Below, piece by piece: positions 10,330 to 22,154 of a stretch of 64,000 nt of DNA; the stretch's first letter is position 1; every line of letters begins with the position of its first letter. The stretch lies in assembly GCF_024502345.1 (NCBI RefSeq), contig NZ_JALDNN010000001.1. One strand, written 5' to 3'. The notes beneath the pieces are model-generated. The model ran no database searches. It saw only the letters and a program-made list of their open reading frames with translations, and had not been told where the DNA came from. Source of the DNA: Escherichia coli. GTDB lineage: Bacteria; Pseudomonadota; Gammaproteobacteria; Enterobacterales; Enterobacteriaceae. The translations under genes and the position numbers were made by a program.

Positions 10330-10959
10330 ATGGGGGATACTATGCAACAACGATTAACGCAGGATTTAACGCAATTTCTCGCCAGCTTGCCGGAAGATGA
10401 TCGCATCAAAGCGATTAATGAAATCCGCATGGCGATCCATCAGGTTAGCCCCTTTCGTGAAGAGCCAGTGGATTGCGTTCTGTGGGTTAAAAACAGCCAA
10501 CTTATGCCTAATGATTACAACCCAAACAACGTGGCACCACCCGAAAAAAAACTGCTGAAAAAATCCATTGAAATAGATGGTTTTACCCAACCCATTGTGG
10601 TCACGCATACGGATAAAAATGCCCTGGAAATCGTGGATGGTTTTCACCGCCATGAAATTGGTAAAGGCTCATCATCATTAAAATTACGCTTAAAAGGTTA
10701 TTTGCCGGTGACCTGTCTGGAAGGTACGCGTAATCAACGCATCGCCGCGACTATTCGTCATAATCGCGCTCGTGGACGCCATCAAATCACCGCCATGTCG
10801 GAAATCGTCCGTGAACTTAGCCAGTTGGGATGGGACGATAATAAAATTGGCAAAGAGCTGGGAATGGACAGCGACGAAGTGCTGCGCCTGAAGCAAATTA
10901 ACGGCCTGCAAGAGTTGTTTGCCGACCGTCAATATTCCCGCGCCTGGACGGTTAAATAG
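10330..10959 (+). CDS. ybdM: ParB/sulfiredoxin-like nuclease-domain protein YbdM, 209 aa
   Basis: ORF 10330..10959; overlaps the ybdN 3' end; ParB-like domain family. Confidence 0.85.
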   Translation: MGDTMQQRLTQDLTQFLASLPEDDRIKAINEIRMAIHQVSPFREEPVDCVLWVKNSQLMPNDYNPNNVAPPEKKLLKKSIEIDGFTQPIVVTHTDKNALEIVDGFHRHEIGKGSSSLKLRLKGYLPVTCLEGTRNQRIAATIRHNRARGRHQITAMSEIVRELSQLGWDDNKIGKELGMDSDEVLRLKQINGLQELFADRQYSRAWTVK

Positions 10960-12120
10960 CTAAAGCTGGCGCAGGCGTTCAGCGGCTGCCAGCAACGTCG
11001 ATTCCTTCTTGGCAAAACAGAGACGAATCAGTTTATGAGGGAAGGGATCGGCGCAAAACACCGATAGCGGAATCGCCGCTACGCCGTGCTCCTGCGTCAG
11101 CCACTGGCAAAACTCAACATCATCCAGGGTAGATACGGCGCTGTAATCCACCAGCAAAAAGTATGTACCTTCACACGGTAAAATCTCCAGCCGGCTTTCA
11201 TTTAAAGCATTCACCAGAATATCGCGCTTCTGGCGATAAAAGTCCGGTAACGCAAGATAATGCTCAGGTTCTGCACGTAGCATATCCGCAATTGCCAGCT
11301 GTGCCGGGGTATTTACCGAAAATGTCAGATACTGATGTACCTTGCGAATTTCGGCACTGATGGGCGCTGGCGCTATGCAATAACCCACTTTCCAGCCGGT
11401 CATATGATAGGTCTTGCCAAACGATGACACCGCCACTGCCCGCTCACGCAGCTGCGGATGCGCCAGCACACTGGCATGGCCCTGTTGTGAAAAGTTGATG
11501 TGCTCGTAGACTTCATCGCTAATGACAAAAATCTCGTGCCCGGCGATCGCCTGCCACAAAGCGGCGAAATCAGCCTGCTGCCAGACAGTTGCACTGGGAT
11601 TATGCGGAGTGTTGAGGATCACCAGTCTGGTGCGCTCGCTTAACAATGCGGCAAATTCCTGCCAGTCAACGCGAAAATGCGGTGGTTGCAGTGCCATACG
11701 CTTCACTATTCCCCCAGAAAGCGCGATAGCGGGAGCGTAACTGTCATAGCTGGGATCAAAACAAATCACTTCATCGCCATTGCGCACCAGTGCGGTAATC
11801 GCCGCGTATAACGCTTCCGTCGCCCCTGCCGTTACGGTGATATCGCTATCGGCATCTGGTTGATAGCCATACAAACGTTCCGTTTTCTGAGCAATCGCCT
11901 CGCGCAAGGCCTGCACGCCGGTCATGGGCGCGTATTGGTTTGCCCCCTGGGCAACGTGGTACGCCAGCCGCTCCTGTAAATAGCGCGGACCATCAAAATC
12001 AGGAAAGCCTTGCGACAGGTTAATCGCCTGGTGTTGCTGCGCCAGCGCGCTCATCTGGGTGAAAATAGTGGTGCCAAGTTGTGGAAGTTTGCTTTGTGGA
12101 ATCAGAGGGTTATTTGTCAT
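10960..12120 (-). CDS. ybdL: Methionine aminotransferase YbdL (PLP-dependent, class I aminotransferase), 386 aa
   Basis: ORF 10960..12120; MTNNPLIPQSKLPQLGTTIFTQMSALAQQHQAINLSQGFPDFDGP... matches YbdL. Confidence 0.92.
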   Translation of the reverse strand: MTNNPLIPQSKLPQLGTTIFTQMSALAQQHQAINLSQGFPDFDGPRYLQERLAYHVAQGANQYAPMTGVQALREAIAQKTERLYGYQPDADSDITVTAGATEALYAAITALVRNGDEVICFDPSYDSYAPAIALSGGIVKRMALQPPHFRVDWQEFAALLSERTRLVILNTPHNPSATVWQQADFAALWQAIAGHEIFVISDEVYEHINFSQQGHASVLAHPQLRERAVAVSSFGKTYHMTGWKVGYCIAPAPISAEIRKVHQYLTFSVNTPAQLAIADMLRAEPEHYLALPDFYRQKRDILVNALNESRLEILPCEGTYFLLVDYSAVSTLDDVEFCQWLTQEHGVAAIPLSVFCADPFPHKLIRLCFAKKESTLLAAAERLRQL

Positions 12121-12228
12121 TTTTATTGTACCTGACGAAGTTGCGTGTTGAAGGCACTATAACACGATGCTAGTATTTGGCAATCAAGACGTTTAGATGT
12201 CTAAATAAAACAATAAGGACAACACAAC

Positions 12229-13317
12229 ATGCCTCACAATCCTATCCGCGTGGTCGTCGGCCCGGCTAACTACTTTTCACATCCAGGAAGTTTCAATCAC
12301 CTGCACGATTTTTTCACTGATGAACAACTTTCTCGCGCGGTGTGGATCTACGGCGAACGCGCCATTGCTGCGGCGCAAACCAAACTTCCGCCAGCGTTTG
12401 GACTTCCAGGGGCAAAGCATATTTTGTTTCGTGGTCATTGCAGCGAAAGCGATGTACAGCAACTGGCGGCTGAGTCCGGTGACGATCGCAGCGTGGTGAT
12501 TGGCGTCGGCGGCGGCGCACTACTCGACACCGCGAAAGCCCTCGCCCGCCGTCTCGGTCTGCCATTTGTTGCCGCTCCAACGATCGCCGCCACCTGCGCC
12601 GCCTGGACACCGCTCTCCGTCTGGTATAACGATGCCGGACAGGCGCTGCATTATGAGATTTTCGACGACGCCAATTTTATGGTGCTGGTGGAACCAGAGA
12701 TTATCCTCAATGCGCCGCAACAATATCTGCTGGCGGGGATCGGTGACACGCTGGCGAAATGGTATGAAGCGGTGGTGCTGGCTCCGCAACCAGAAACGTT
12801 GCCGCTAACCGTGCGACTGGGGATCAATAATGCGAAGGCCATTCGCGACGTCTTGTTAAACAGTAGCGAACAGGCGCTGAGCGATCAGCAAAATCAACAG
12901 TTAACGCAATCATTTTGCGATGTGGTGGATGCCATTATCGCCGGAGGTGGAATGGTCGGTGGTTTGGGCGATCGTTTTACGCGTGTGGCGGCGGCTCATG
13001 CCGTGCATAACGGTCTGACCGTGCTGCCGCAAACCGAGAAGTTTCTTCACGGCACCAAAGTCGCCTACGGAATTCTGGTGCAAAGCGCCTTGCTGGGTCA
13101 GGATGATGTTCTGGCGCAATTAACCGGGGCGTATCAGCGTTTTCATCTGCCGACTACGCTGGCGGAGCTGGAAGTGGATATCAATAATCAGGCGGAGATC
13201 GACAAAGTGATTGCCCACACCTTGCGCCCGGTGGAGTCCATTCATTACCTGCCAGTCACGCTGACACCAGATACGTTGCGTGCAGCGTTCGAAAAAGTGG
13301 AATCGTTTAAAGCCTGA
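12229..13317 (+). CDS. ybdH: Iron-containing alcohol/hydroxycarboxylate dehydrogenase YbdH (glycerol-dehydrogenase-like), 362 aa
   Basis: ORF 12229..13317; GVGGGALLDTAKA motif of iron-type alcohol dehydrogenases. Confidence 0.9.
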   Translation: MPHNPIRVVVGPANYFSHPGSFNHLHDFFTDEQLSRAVWIYGERAIAAAQTKLPPAFGLPGAKHILFRGHCSESDVQQLAAESGDDRSVVIGVGGGALLDTAKALARRLGLPFVAAPTIAATCAAWTPLSVWYNDAGQALHYEIFDDANFMVLVEPEIILNAPQQYLLAGIGDTLAKWYEAVVLAPQPETLPLTVRLGINNAKAIRDVLLNSSEQALSDQQNQQLTQSFCDVVDAIIAGGGMVGGLGDRFTRVAAAHAVHNGLTVLPQTEKFLHGTKVAYGILVQSALLGQDDVLAQLTGAYQRFHLPTTLAELEVDINNQAEIDKVIAHTLRPVESIHYLPVTLTPDTLRAAFEKVESFKA

Positions 13318-13326
13318 CGTGCAAAT

Positions 13327-13524
13327 TTAGCAGCAGCGCGCGCCGCCTTTTCCACCGTAGCGCGCGTCCTGCCGCTCACGGAAAAACTCCTCGTAGGTCA
13401 TCGGCGTTTGATCGGGATGGTTAACCCGCATATGTTCGACATAGTTGTCGTAATCAGGCATACCAATCATCAGCTTCGCCGCCTGACCTAAATATTTTCC
13501 GGCTTTTGCCAGTGAATCAAACAT
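13327..13524 (-). CDS. ybdD: Small DUF466-family protein YbdD, 65 aa, downstream partner of cstA
   Basis: ORF 13327..13524; [58 protein letters not shown]... Confidence 0.85.
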   Translation of the reverse strand: MFDSLAKAGKYLGQAAKLMIGMPDYDNYVEHMRVNHPDQTPMTYEEFFRERQDARYGGKGGARCC

Positions 13525-13557
13525 CTTGGCCTCCGCTAACCATGTTGCTGAAAGAGT

Positions 13558-13592
13558 GCCGGATGCGGCGTGAACGCTTTATCCGGCCTACA
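13558..13592. repeat. REP (palindromic unit) element gccggatgcggcgtgaacgctttatccggcctaca
   Basis: Match to the REP consensus in the cstA-ybdD intergenic region. Confidence 0.8.
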
Positions 13593-13616
13593 AATGCTAT
13601 CAACGCACTCGGTCAG

Positions 13617-13654
13617 TCCCCTCGCCCCACCGGGGAGAGGGTTAGGGTGAGGGG
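13617..13654. repeat. GC-rich dispersed repeat (cccctcgccccaccggggagagggttagggtgaggggg); a second copy lies inverted at 21091..21127
   Basis: About 38 bp shared between two intergenic sites in this window; possibly a box C-type element (family name uncertain). Confidence 0.5.
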
Positions 13655-13705
13655 GAACCCTCGGCGCCATGCCAACATTCGCCAACATTCTCCCTCACTC
13701 TGACT

Positions 13706-15811
13706 TTAGTGCGCGCCTTTCGCCTGCGCCACGATCTCCTCGACATTTTCCGGCATCGGCTCATACGGCGTTTCTTTCGCCGTTGGCTTCGGATCTTTCA
13801 ATGCCGCAAGTGCCGTCTTAATCGAGAACAGTGCCAGAACCACCACGACCACCATAAAGAAGATGGTTAACCCAGCATCCAGACGGTTGTTGAACACCAG
13901 TTGCGCCAGTTGTGACTCAGTATACTGCGACGGAATATTGCCGCTGTCGATCATTGCCTGGAACTTGTTAGCAATCGCCAGGAAGCCGACTTTCGCATCC
14001 GGGCTAAACGCTTTCTGCCAGCCTGCGGTCAGGGTACAAATCAGCAGCCAGGCCGTTGGTACCAGCGCCACCCAAGCGTAACGTTGACGTTTCATCTTGA
14101 ACAACACCACGGCACAGAGCATCAGCGCCATCCCTGCCAGCATCTGGTTGGCAATACCAAACAGCGGCCACAGAGTGTTAATACCGCCCAGCGGATCGAC
14201 CACACCCTGATGGAGGAAGTAGCCCCACGCCAGCACGCACAGCGCTGTTGCCAACAGGTTAGCAGGCAGTGAATCGGTCCGTTTCAGGCCCGGAGAAACC
14301 ACGCCCAGCAGATCCTGCAACATAAAGCGCGCAGCACGCGTACCTGCATCCACCGCTGTCAGAATAAACAGTGCTTCAAACAGAATGGCGAAGTGATACC
14401 AGAACGCTACATCCATCATACCACCCAGCGCACCGTGCAGGATGTAAGCCATCCCCACCGCCAACGTCGGCGCACCGCCCGCACGGGAAATGATCGACTG
14501 TTCACCCACTTCGCTGGCAATCTGGTTGAGCGTATCCGGAGTAATCGCAAAGCCCCAGCTACTCACCACTTGCGCGGCAGAAGCGACCACATCCGCCGTC
14601 CCTGCCGGAGCCAGCACCGCCATCGGGCTGTTCATGGCGAAGTAAACGCCCGGATCGATGATACAGGCGGAAACCAGCGCCATAATCGCCACGAAGGATT
14701 CCATTAACATTCCACCGTAGCCGATAAAACAAGCCTGCCCTTCGTTCGCCAGCATCTTCGGCGTGGTGCCGGAAGAGATCAGCGCATGGAAGCCTGACAC
14801 CGCGCCACAGGCGATGGTGATAAACAGGAACGGGAACAGATTACCGGTCCATACCGGGCCAGTGCCATCGACAAATTTGGTCAGCGCAGGCATGGTCAGC
14901 GTCGGACGCATAATCAAAATGCCTACCGCCAGACCGACGATAGTCCCGATTTTCAGGAAGGTAGAGAGGTAGTCACGCGGGGCCAGCAGTAACCACACCG
15001 GCAGCACCGCCGCCACAAAACCGTAGCCCACCAGCATCCAGGTCAGCTGCACGCCGGTAAAGTCAAAGTACGGTGCCCAGGTCGGGCTTTCTGCCACCCA
15101 GCCGCCAGAGATAATGGCGAAAATCAGGAATACCAGACCGATGACCGACACTTCACCAATACGCCCCGGACGCAGATAGCGCAGGTAGATTCCCATAAAA
15201 ATCGCCAGCGGAATGGTGAACGCAACGGTATACGTTCCCCACGGGCTATGAGTCAGGGCTTTCACCACGATCATCGCCAGTACTGCAAGGATAATGACCA
15301 TGATCATAAAGCAGGCCACCAGCGCTATCACCCCGGCGGTTGGCCCCATCTCTTCTTTGACCAGCTCACCCAGCGAACGACCGTCACGGCGCGTAGAAAC
15401 AAACAGCACCATAAAATCCTGCACCGCACCGGCGAGAACCACCCCGGCGAGCAGCCAGATCATCCCCGGCAGGTAACCCATTTGCGCCGCCAGTACCGGA
15501 CCCACCAACGGACCTGCTCCGGCAATGGCCGCAAAATGGTGACCGAACAGCACTTTCTTGTCCGTCGGCACATAGTCCAGCCCGTCGTTATGGCGCACCG
15601 CTGGCGTCATACGCGTCGGGTCAACCGCCAGCACATTTTTGGCGATATACAACCCATAAAAACGGTAAGCGATCAGATAGATACAGACCGACGCCACCAC
15701 AATCCACAGCGCGTTGATCTGTTCCCCACGATTTAAAGCAATGTATCCCAGAGCAAATGCTCCCATTACAGAGAGCACTGTCCAGACGAGGTATTTCCCT
15801 GATTTGTTCAT
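13706..15811 (-). CDS. cstA: Carbon starvation protein A (peptide/pyruvate transporter), 701 aa
   Basis: ORF 13706..15811; polytopic membrane protein; MNKSGKYLVWTVLSVMGAFALGYIALNRGEQINALWIVVASVCIYLIAYRFYG... Confidence 0.93.
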   Translation of the reverse strand: MNKSGKYLVWTVLSVMGAFALGYIALNRGEQINALWIVVASVCIYLIAYRFYGLYIAKNVLAVDPTRMTPAVRHNDGLDYVPTDKKVLFGHHFAAIAGAGPLVGPVLAAQMGYLPGMIWLLAGVVLAGAVQDFMVLFVSTRRDGRSLGELVKEEMGPTAGVIALVACFMIMVIILAVLAMIVVKALTHSPWGTYTVAFTIPLAIFMGIYLRYLRPGRIGEVSVIGLVFLIFAIISGGWVAESPTWAPYFDFTGVQLTWMLVGYGFVAAVLPVWLLLAPRDYLSTFLKIGTIVGLAVGILIMRPTLTMPALTKFVDGTGPVWTGNLFPFLFITIACGAVSGFHALISSGTTPKMLANEGQACFIGYGGMLMESFVAIMALVSACIIDPGVYFAMNSPMAVLAPAGTADVVASAAQVVSSWGFAITPDTLNQIASEVGEQSIISRAGGAPTLAVGMAYILHGALGGMMDVAFWYHFAILFEALFILTAVDAGTRAARFMLQDLLGVVSPGLKRTDSLPANLLATALCVLAWGYFLHQGVVDPLGGINTLWPLFGIANQMLAGMALMLCAVVLFKMKRQRYAWVALVPTAWLLICTLTAGWQKAFSPDAKVGFLAIANKFQAMIDSGNIPSQYTESQLAQLVFNNRLDAGLTIFFMVVVVVLALFSIKTALAALKDPKPTAKETPYEPMPENVEEIVAQAKGAH

Positions 15812-15991
15812 AGTTGTTATCCGTGTGCGTGTCCATAGAGATGTTACATTTTGTTTCTATAACATCTTTGTACAATTTAACAACACGGCAACCATGTAAA
15901 TCGGAGTTGAAACCAATATTTAACTTAACAATGTTAACTCGATCACTCCGTTAACCGAGTTTTCCTGCAATCTCATTTAATTCTGTCGGGC

Positions 15992-17153
<1,162 letters not shown>

Positions 17154-17154
<1 letters not shown>

Positions 17155-18011
17155 TATTTCACCTCGCGGGAGAGTAGCTTCCACCAGGCGTCGATGGTCG
17201 GGTTTTTCGCCAGCATGACAAAGTCGATATCACCATGCACTTTGCGCCAGCGCGCCGCCAGCGCCATCATGCGCACCGAATCCAGACCGTAGTCGATCAG
17301 GTTGTCGTCATCGAACGGTTCATCGGACTCGTCCAGCAACGGCAGGATAACCTCACGCAGCGCCGCTTTGCTGGCGGGGACAGGTGCTGGCAGTAATTCT
17401 TCAGTCATCACCACCCGGCCAGACCGCCCGGCCACATATTTCAGCGACATCAAATGCTCGTCACGGCTGAAATCGGCCAGCGCATCCGCCACCATAAACG
17501 GTTTAATATCGCGCATAAATGCGTCGGTTGCGGTGGTCATACAGCCAATGTGGGCATATACCCCGGTAATAATCAGCTGGTTACGTCCACTCTCTTTGAG
17601 CATTTGCTCCAGCGGAGAACGATGAAACGCGCTGTAGCGCCACTTCACCAGCACCGTGTCGTCGGCATCTGGCGTCAGGCGATCCACCACCTTTTGCTGT
17701 TCCGGCGAACGGGTCAGGCCCGGCCCCCACATATCATTCAACAGCGCCCGATCTTCATCGCTCTGCTCTTTCGGCTGGGCGGTGTAATAAACCGGGATAT
17801 TGTGCTGTTTGCAGTAGTCGCGCAGCGCAGCAATATTCGCGATCACCTGCTCCATCATCGGGCAGTTCTCGCCCCAGAAGCTGACAAAATAGTCCTGCAT
17901 ATCATGGATTAACAACGCGGCACGTTGCGGTTCAAAGGCCCAGTCAACTTTATTCTGCGGAATATCGTGAGACTCCGGCAGTGCGTAAGCCTGTAATTTT
18001 GGAATAGCCAT
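17154..18011 (-). CDS. entB: Isochorismatase / aryl carrier protein EntB, 285 aa
   Basis: ORF 17154..18011; MAIPKLQAYALPESHDIPQNKVDWAFEPQRAALLIHDMQDYF...; carrier-protein serine motif (GLDSV) in the C-terminal domain. Confidence 0.95.
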
Positions 18012-18024
18012 CGTGTTCTCTCCT

Positions 18025-19635
18025 TCAGGCTGATGCGCGTAACGCCAGCCACTGACGTAATTGTTTTTTATCGACTTTCCCGACCGCCGTCAGCGGAAGT
18101 GAATCCACACACTCCACGCGATCCGGTAATTTAAATTCGGCAATACCCTGTTCACGCAGGAAACGACGCACCTGCACCGCGCGCAGCGGCTCTTTTACCA
18201 CCAGATAAGCACAGCTTTTTTCGCCCATCAGCTCATCTTCCATGCTCACCAGTGCGGCATAGATCACCGCCGGATGGCGCAGCAGCAGGTTTTCGATCTC
18301 TTCGGCAGCGATCTTCTCGCCGCCACGGTTGATCTGATCTTTCTCGCGCCCCTGCACGGTGATGTAACCCTCTGGATCAATAGAGATCAGATCGCCGGAA
18401 CAGTAAAAACCGTTGGCATCAAAGGCACTGGCATTGTGCTGCGGACTTTTGTAATAACCGCGGAAGGTGTACGGCCCGCGCGTCATCAGGCGTCCAACTT
18501 CCCCTTGCGGCAGTGGATTTCCTTCAGCATCAGCAACCCATACTTCATCGTCCGGACACATTGGGTAACCCTGGGTATGGATAATTTTCTCCGCGCTATC
18601 ATCAAGTCGGGTGTAGTTCACCAGCCCTTCCGCCATGCCAAACACCTGCTGCAACAGGCAGCCAATCTCAGCGGGAATACGCGCCGCAAGGGTGGCTGAA
18701 AGACGTGCGCCGCCGACCTGTAACAGTTTCAGCGAGGCAAGCTGCGCCCGGCTTTCACCTTCGGTCAGCGCCTGCAACCACAGGCTGACTGCCGGTGGCA
18801 CCAGCGCGGTGACGTTCACCTGATGTTTTTCAATCAATGGGAAGCAAAGCGTGGCGCTGGGATCGGCCGCCAGAACAACCGTTCCTCCGGCAAGAAAGAC
18901 GCCCAGCGATCCCGGCGAACTCATGGCGTAGTTATGAGCCGCCGGGATCGCGCACAGGTAGCGTGTCTGTTGTGTGAACTGACAAATCTCGACGCTACGA
19001 CGCACGCTGTAGTAGTAGTCGTTATGAGTGCGCGGGATCAGTTTCGGTGTGCCGGTGGTGCCGCCGGAAAGCTGGAAATAGGCCACTTCATCAGCAGGTG
19101 ATGGCGTGGCAGTAAAATCCTCAGCCGGATGGTTAATCGCATCCTGCAAGTTATGCTCACCGCTGTCGTTGTGCAGTTGCACCACGCGAATGGAGGAATG
19201 TTCTGTGACGAAAGTATTGAGGAAATCATCCCCGCTAAACAGCGCATGTTGGCGATCGGCAATCAGCAATGCGGGTTCAATCTGGCTGGCATAGGCGTTC
19301 AGTTCACTACGCTGATGGCTGAACAGCGCCAGCACCGGCGCAACGCCCAGTTTCAGCAGCGCGAAAAAGGTAATATACAATTCAGCGACGTTACCCAGTT
19401 GTACCAGCGCGGTTTCACCAGGTTTAATGCCCTGACGGCGTAAACTACACGCGAGGTTATCCGCCGCCTGATTCAGCTCCCGGTAACTCAACTGTCGCTC
19501 GCCGTCGATAACCGCGATGCTGTCACTCGCAGCGTGGCGAGTCAGAATGTCGGTCAGCGGCAAATCCTGCCAGTAGCCTTTTTCCCGATAGCGACGGGCA
19601 AACTCTTCCGGCCAGCGGGTGAATGGAATGCTCAT
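18025..19635 (-). CDS. entE: 2,3-dihydroxybenzoate-AMP ligase EntE (adenylation enzyme), 536 aa
   Basis: ORF 18025..19635; adenylate-forming enzyme motifs (SGGTTGTPK). Confidence 0.95.
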   Translation of the reverse strand: MSIPFTRWPEEFARRYREKGYWQDLPLTDILTRHAASDSIAVIDGERQLSYRELNQAADNLACSLRRQGIKPGETALVQLGNVAELYITFFALLKLGVAPVLALFSHQRSELNAYASQIEPALLIADRQHALFSGDDFLNTFVTEHSSIRVVQLHNDSGEHNLQDAINHPAEDFTATPSPADEVAYFQLSGGTTGTPKLIPRTHNDYYYSVRRSVEICQFTQQTRYLCAIPAAHNYAMSSPGSLGVFLAGGTVVLAADPSATLCFPLIEKHQVNVTALVPPAVSLWLQALTEGESRAQLASLKLLQVGGARLSATLAARIPAEIGCLLQQVFGMAEGLVNYTRLDDSAEKIIHTQGYPMCPDDEVWVADAEGNPLPQGEVGRLMTRGPYTFRGYYKSPQHNASAFDANGFYCSGDLISIDPEGYITVQGREKDQINRGGEKIAAEEIENLLLRHPAVIYAALVSMEDELMGEKSCAYLVVKEPLRAVQVRRFLREQGIAEFKLPDRVECVDSLPLTAVGKVDKKQLRQWLALRASA

Positions 19636-19644
19636 CCTCGCTCC

Positions 19645-20820
19645 TTAATGCAATCCAAAAACGTTCAACATGGTAGAAAGTTTGACGCCTGTTTCGCGCC
19701 ACTCACCCAACGGTGACGACGCAGGCACAATCCCCGCTCCGGCAAACAGACGCACCTGATTTTCCCGCAGCTTCGCGCAGCGGATGGTCACCACCCATTC
19801 GCCGTTACCTTCGCTGTCACACCAACCCACAATGCCGCCAAACAGTTCGCGGTCGAATGGCTCCAGTTCAGCAATAACCTGGGTCGCGGCCTGATGCGGG
19901 AAACCGCTCAGCGCGGGGGTTGGATGCAGCAGACAGGCCAGAGTCAGTGCGTTTTCTTGCGAATTCGCTTTACCTTCAAAGGGAGTTGCGAGATGCCACA
20001 GCGTCGGCGTGGTAATCAATTGTGGAGAGGAGGGAACGTGTAACTCACTACTGCGTTCGCGCAGTACCTCTTTCATCGCCTGAGTCACCAGTTCATGTTC
20101 ATGGCGATCTTTTTCTGACGCCAGCAGACGATTACCCGCTTCGCGATCGAGCACTTCATCCGGCTGACGACGCGCGGAACCGGCTAACGGAATGGAGCTA
20201 AAACGCTCGCCGTCTTTACGTAGCAGCAGTTCCGGGCTGGCCCCCAGCAGGACGCCACCATCAGCCAGCGGGACATGGAAGTTGTAACTAACCGGGTTTT
20301 GCGCAATCAACCGTTCCAGCAATACGCCACTATCAATGGCGGCGTCAGTGGTGATATCAATCAATCGTGACAACACCACTTTGTCGACCTGCGGCGTGGC
20401 GGTAAGTGCGGCGGCGCGGGCAACCATCTGTTCAAACGTGGTTTGTTCAGGAATTGCCTGGCGTTCCACCACGTTCAGCGACTGGCTGCGGGTAAAACGG
20501 CGGGCTGAGGTCTGTTTTTCCTGGCGGGAGAACGACTGCCAGGATTCGGGAATATACAGCGACGAAGGCTGACGTGGATCGAAGGGAATCGCCCCGACCA
20601 TCACCGGATTTTTGATGCCCTGCGCTTTGGCATCGGCAAACAGCGCGGCGAGTTTTTGCTGGAAGGGACTGTCGGGCGAATCCCCGTTCACAGCCGGTTC
20701 ATCGAAGCGGGCGAAACATCCTGACGTCGTAAAACTGCGGTACGGCGACATAAAGAAAAAGCGATTGGGCGCAAGTGTTGCCATGGTCTGCTGTACTTCC
20801 TCAGCCAGTGACGTATCCAT
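19645..20820 (-). CDS. entC: Isochorismate synthase EntC, 391 aa
   Basis: ORF 19645..20832; start refined to [30 protein letters not shown]... Confidence 0.93.
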   Translation of the reverse strand: MDTSLAEEVQQTMATLAPNRFFFMSPYRSFTTSGCFARFDEPAVNGDSPDSPFQQKLAALFADAKAQGIKNPVMVGAIPFDPRQPSSLYIPESWQSFSRQEKQTSARRFTRSQSLNVVERQAIPEQTTFEQMVARAAALTATPQVDKVVLSRLIDITTDAAIDSGVLLERLIAQNPVSYNFHVPLADGGVLLGASPELLLRKDGERFSSIPLAGSARRQPDEVLDREAGNRLLASEKDRHEHELVTQAMKEVLRERSSELHVPSSPQLITTPTLWHLATPFEGKANSQENALTLACLLHPTPALSGFPHQAATQVIAELEPFDRELFGGIVGWCDSEGNGEWVVTIRCAKLRENQVRLFAGAGIVPASSPLGEWRETGVKLSTMLNVFGLH

Positions 20821-20831
20821 ATCATCCTCCA

Positions 20832-20872
20832 CAAAATGATAAAGGCTTTAATAATGATTATCATTTATATTT
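20832..20872. promoter_or_regulatory. Fur box in the entC / fepB divergent promoter region (taataatgattatcatttatat)
   Basis: Close match to the Fur consensus GATAATGATAATCATTATC, immediately upstream of entC. Confidence 0.7.
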
Positions 20873-21025
20873 TCGGTCGCTAACCTAAAAGCAAACGCGC
20901 ACTATGTCAACTCTTGAGGTAACGCAATCTGCAACTCGGGGTTGCATCTGGTTGTGGTTACAATGAAAATGAGAAGCATTATTGATGGATTCGCATAAGC
21001 GCAATGTGATGTCCTGCGCCGTTCT

Positions 21026-21127
21026 GCCCCCTCTCCCTTCCAGGGTGAGGGCTGGGGTGAGGGTTAATGTTCGCACCAGTGCTGGCTGTTCCCCTCACCC
21101 TAACCCTCTCCCCAAAGGGGCGAGGGG
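21026..21127. repeat. Long GC-rich imperfect inverted repeat in the fepB 5' leader; contains a copy of the GC-rich repeat seen at 13617..13654
   Basis: ccctctcccttccagggtgagggctggggtgaggg ... ccctcaccctaaccctctccccaaaggggcgaggg can pair as a long stem-loop. Confidence 0.55.
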
Positions 21128-21194
21128 ACGGATTGTGCGCTTTGTCGAATTTGTCATTACGCCCTTAACCTTATTAATAACAGGAAGCTGATTT

Positions 21195-22151
21195 GTGAGA
21201 CTCGCCCCGCTCTACCGCAACGCCCTTCTAGTAACAGGACTTTTGCTTTCAGGAATAGCCGCAGTTCAGGCCGCTGACTGGCCGCGTCAGATTACTGACA
21301 GCCGTGGCACACATACACTGGAAAGCCAGCCGCAGCGTATTGTTTCCACCAGCGTCACCCTGACCGGCTCACTGCTGGCGATTGATGCTCCGGTGATCGC
21401 CAGCGGCGCGACCACGCCGAATAACCGCGTCGCGGATGACCAGGGCTTTTTACGCCAGTGGAGCAAGGTGGCGAAAGAACGCAAACTGCAACGGCTCTAT
21501 ATCGGCGAACCGAGCGCCGAAGCCGTTGCCGCGCAAATGCCGGATCTGATTTTAATTAGCGCAACCAGCGGGGATTCGGCGCTGGCACTGTATGATCAGC
21601 TTTCCACCATCGCCCCGACATTAATCATCAATTACGACGACAAAAGCTGGCAGTCGCTGTTAACGCAGCTTGGCGAAATTACCGGGCATGAGAAACAAGC
21701 GGCAGAGCGGATTGCACAGTTTGATAAGCAACTGGCAGCGGCGAAAGAGCAAATCAAATTACCGCCGCAGCCGGTCACTGCCATTGTCTATACCGCCGCT
21801 GCACACAGTGCCAATCTCTGGACGCCGGAATCAGCACAAGGGCAGATGCTGGAACAACTCGGCTTTACGCTGGCGAAGTTGCCCGCAGGGTTAAACGCCA
21901 GCCAAAGCCAGGGCAAACGCCATGACATCATTCAGCTTGGTGGGGAAAATCTGGCTGCGGGGTTAAACGGTGAATCGCTATTCCTGTTCGCTGGTGATCA
22001 GAAAGATGCCGATGCGATTTATGCCAATCCACTGCTCGCGCACCTTCCCGCAGTACAAAACAAGCAGGTTTATGCGCTGGGAACCGAGACGTTCCGTCTG
22101 GATTACTACAGCGCCACGCAAGTGCTGGAACGACTTAAGGCGCTGTTTTAA
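21195..22151 (+). CDS. fepB: Ferric enterobactin periplasmic binding protein FepB, 318 aa (non-ATG start)
   Basis: ORF 21195..22151; [38 protein letters not shown]... Confidence 0.93.
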   Translation: MRLAPLYRNALLVTGLLLSGIAAVQAADWPRQITDSRGTHTLESQPQRIVSTSVTLTGSLLAIDAPVIASGATTPNNRVADDQGFLRQWSKVAKERKLQRLYIGEPSAEAVAAQMPDLILISATSGDSALALYDQLSTIAPTLIINYDDKSWQSLLTQLGEITGHEKQAAERIAQFDKQLAAAKEQIKLPPQPVTAIVYTAAAHSANLWTPESAQGQMLEQLGFTLAKLPAGLNASQSQGKRHDIIQLGGENLAAGLNGESLFLFAGDQKDADAIYANPLLAHLPAVQNKQVYALGTETFRLDYYSATQVLERLKALF

Positions 22152-22154
22152 GCA

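Larger units (their letters stand above)
8071..10357 (+). pseudogene. ybdN: PAPS-reductase-like protein YbdN, interrupted after codon 38 (within the SGGKDS P-loop) by IS903; fragments 8071..8185 and 9243..10357
   Basis: MSIYKIPLPLNILEAARERITWTLNTLPRVCVSFSGGK reads straight into the IS inverted repeat; after the IS the frame resumes (D)SGLMLHLTAELARQMGKK... (ORF 9263..10357). Confidence 0.85.

Noticed and set aside
13558-13700. Possible CRISPR array suggested by repeated GC-rich palindromes
   Set aside because: The repeats are REP/BIME and other dispersed intergenic elements: single or paired, not regularly spaced with unique spacers, and no cas genes are present in the window.
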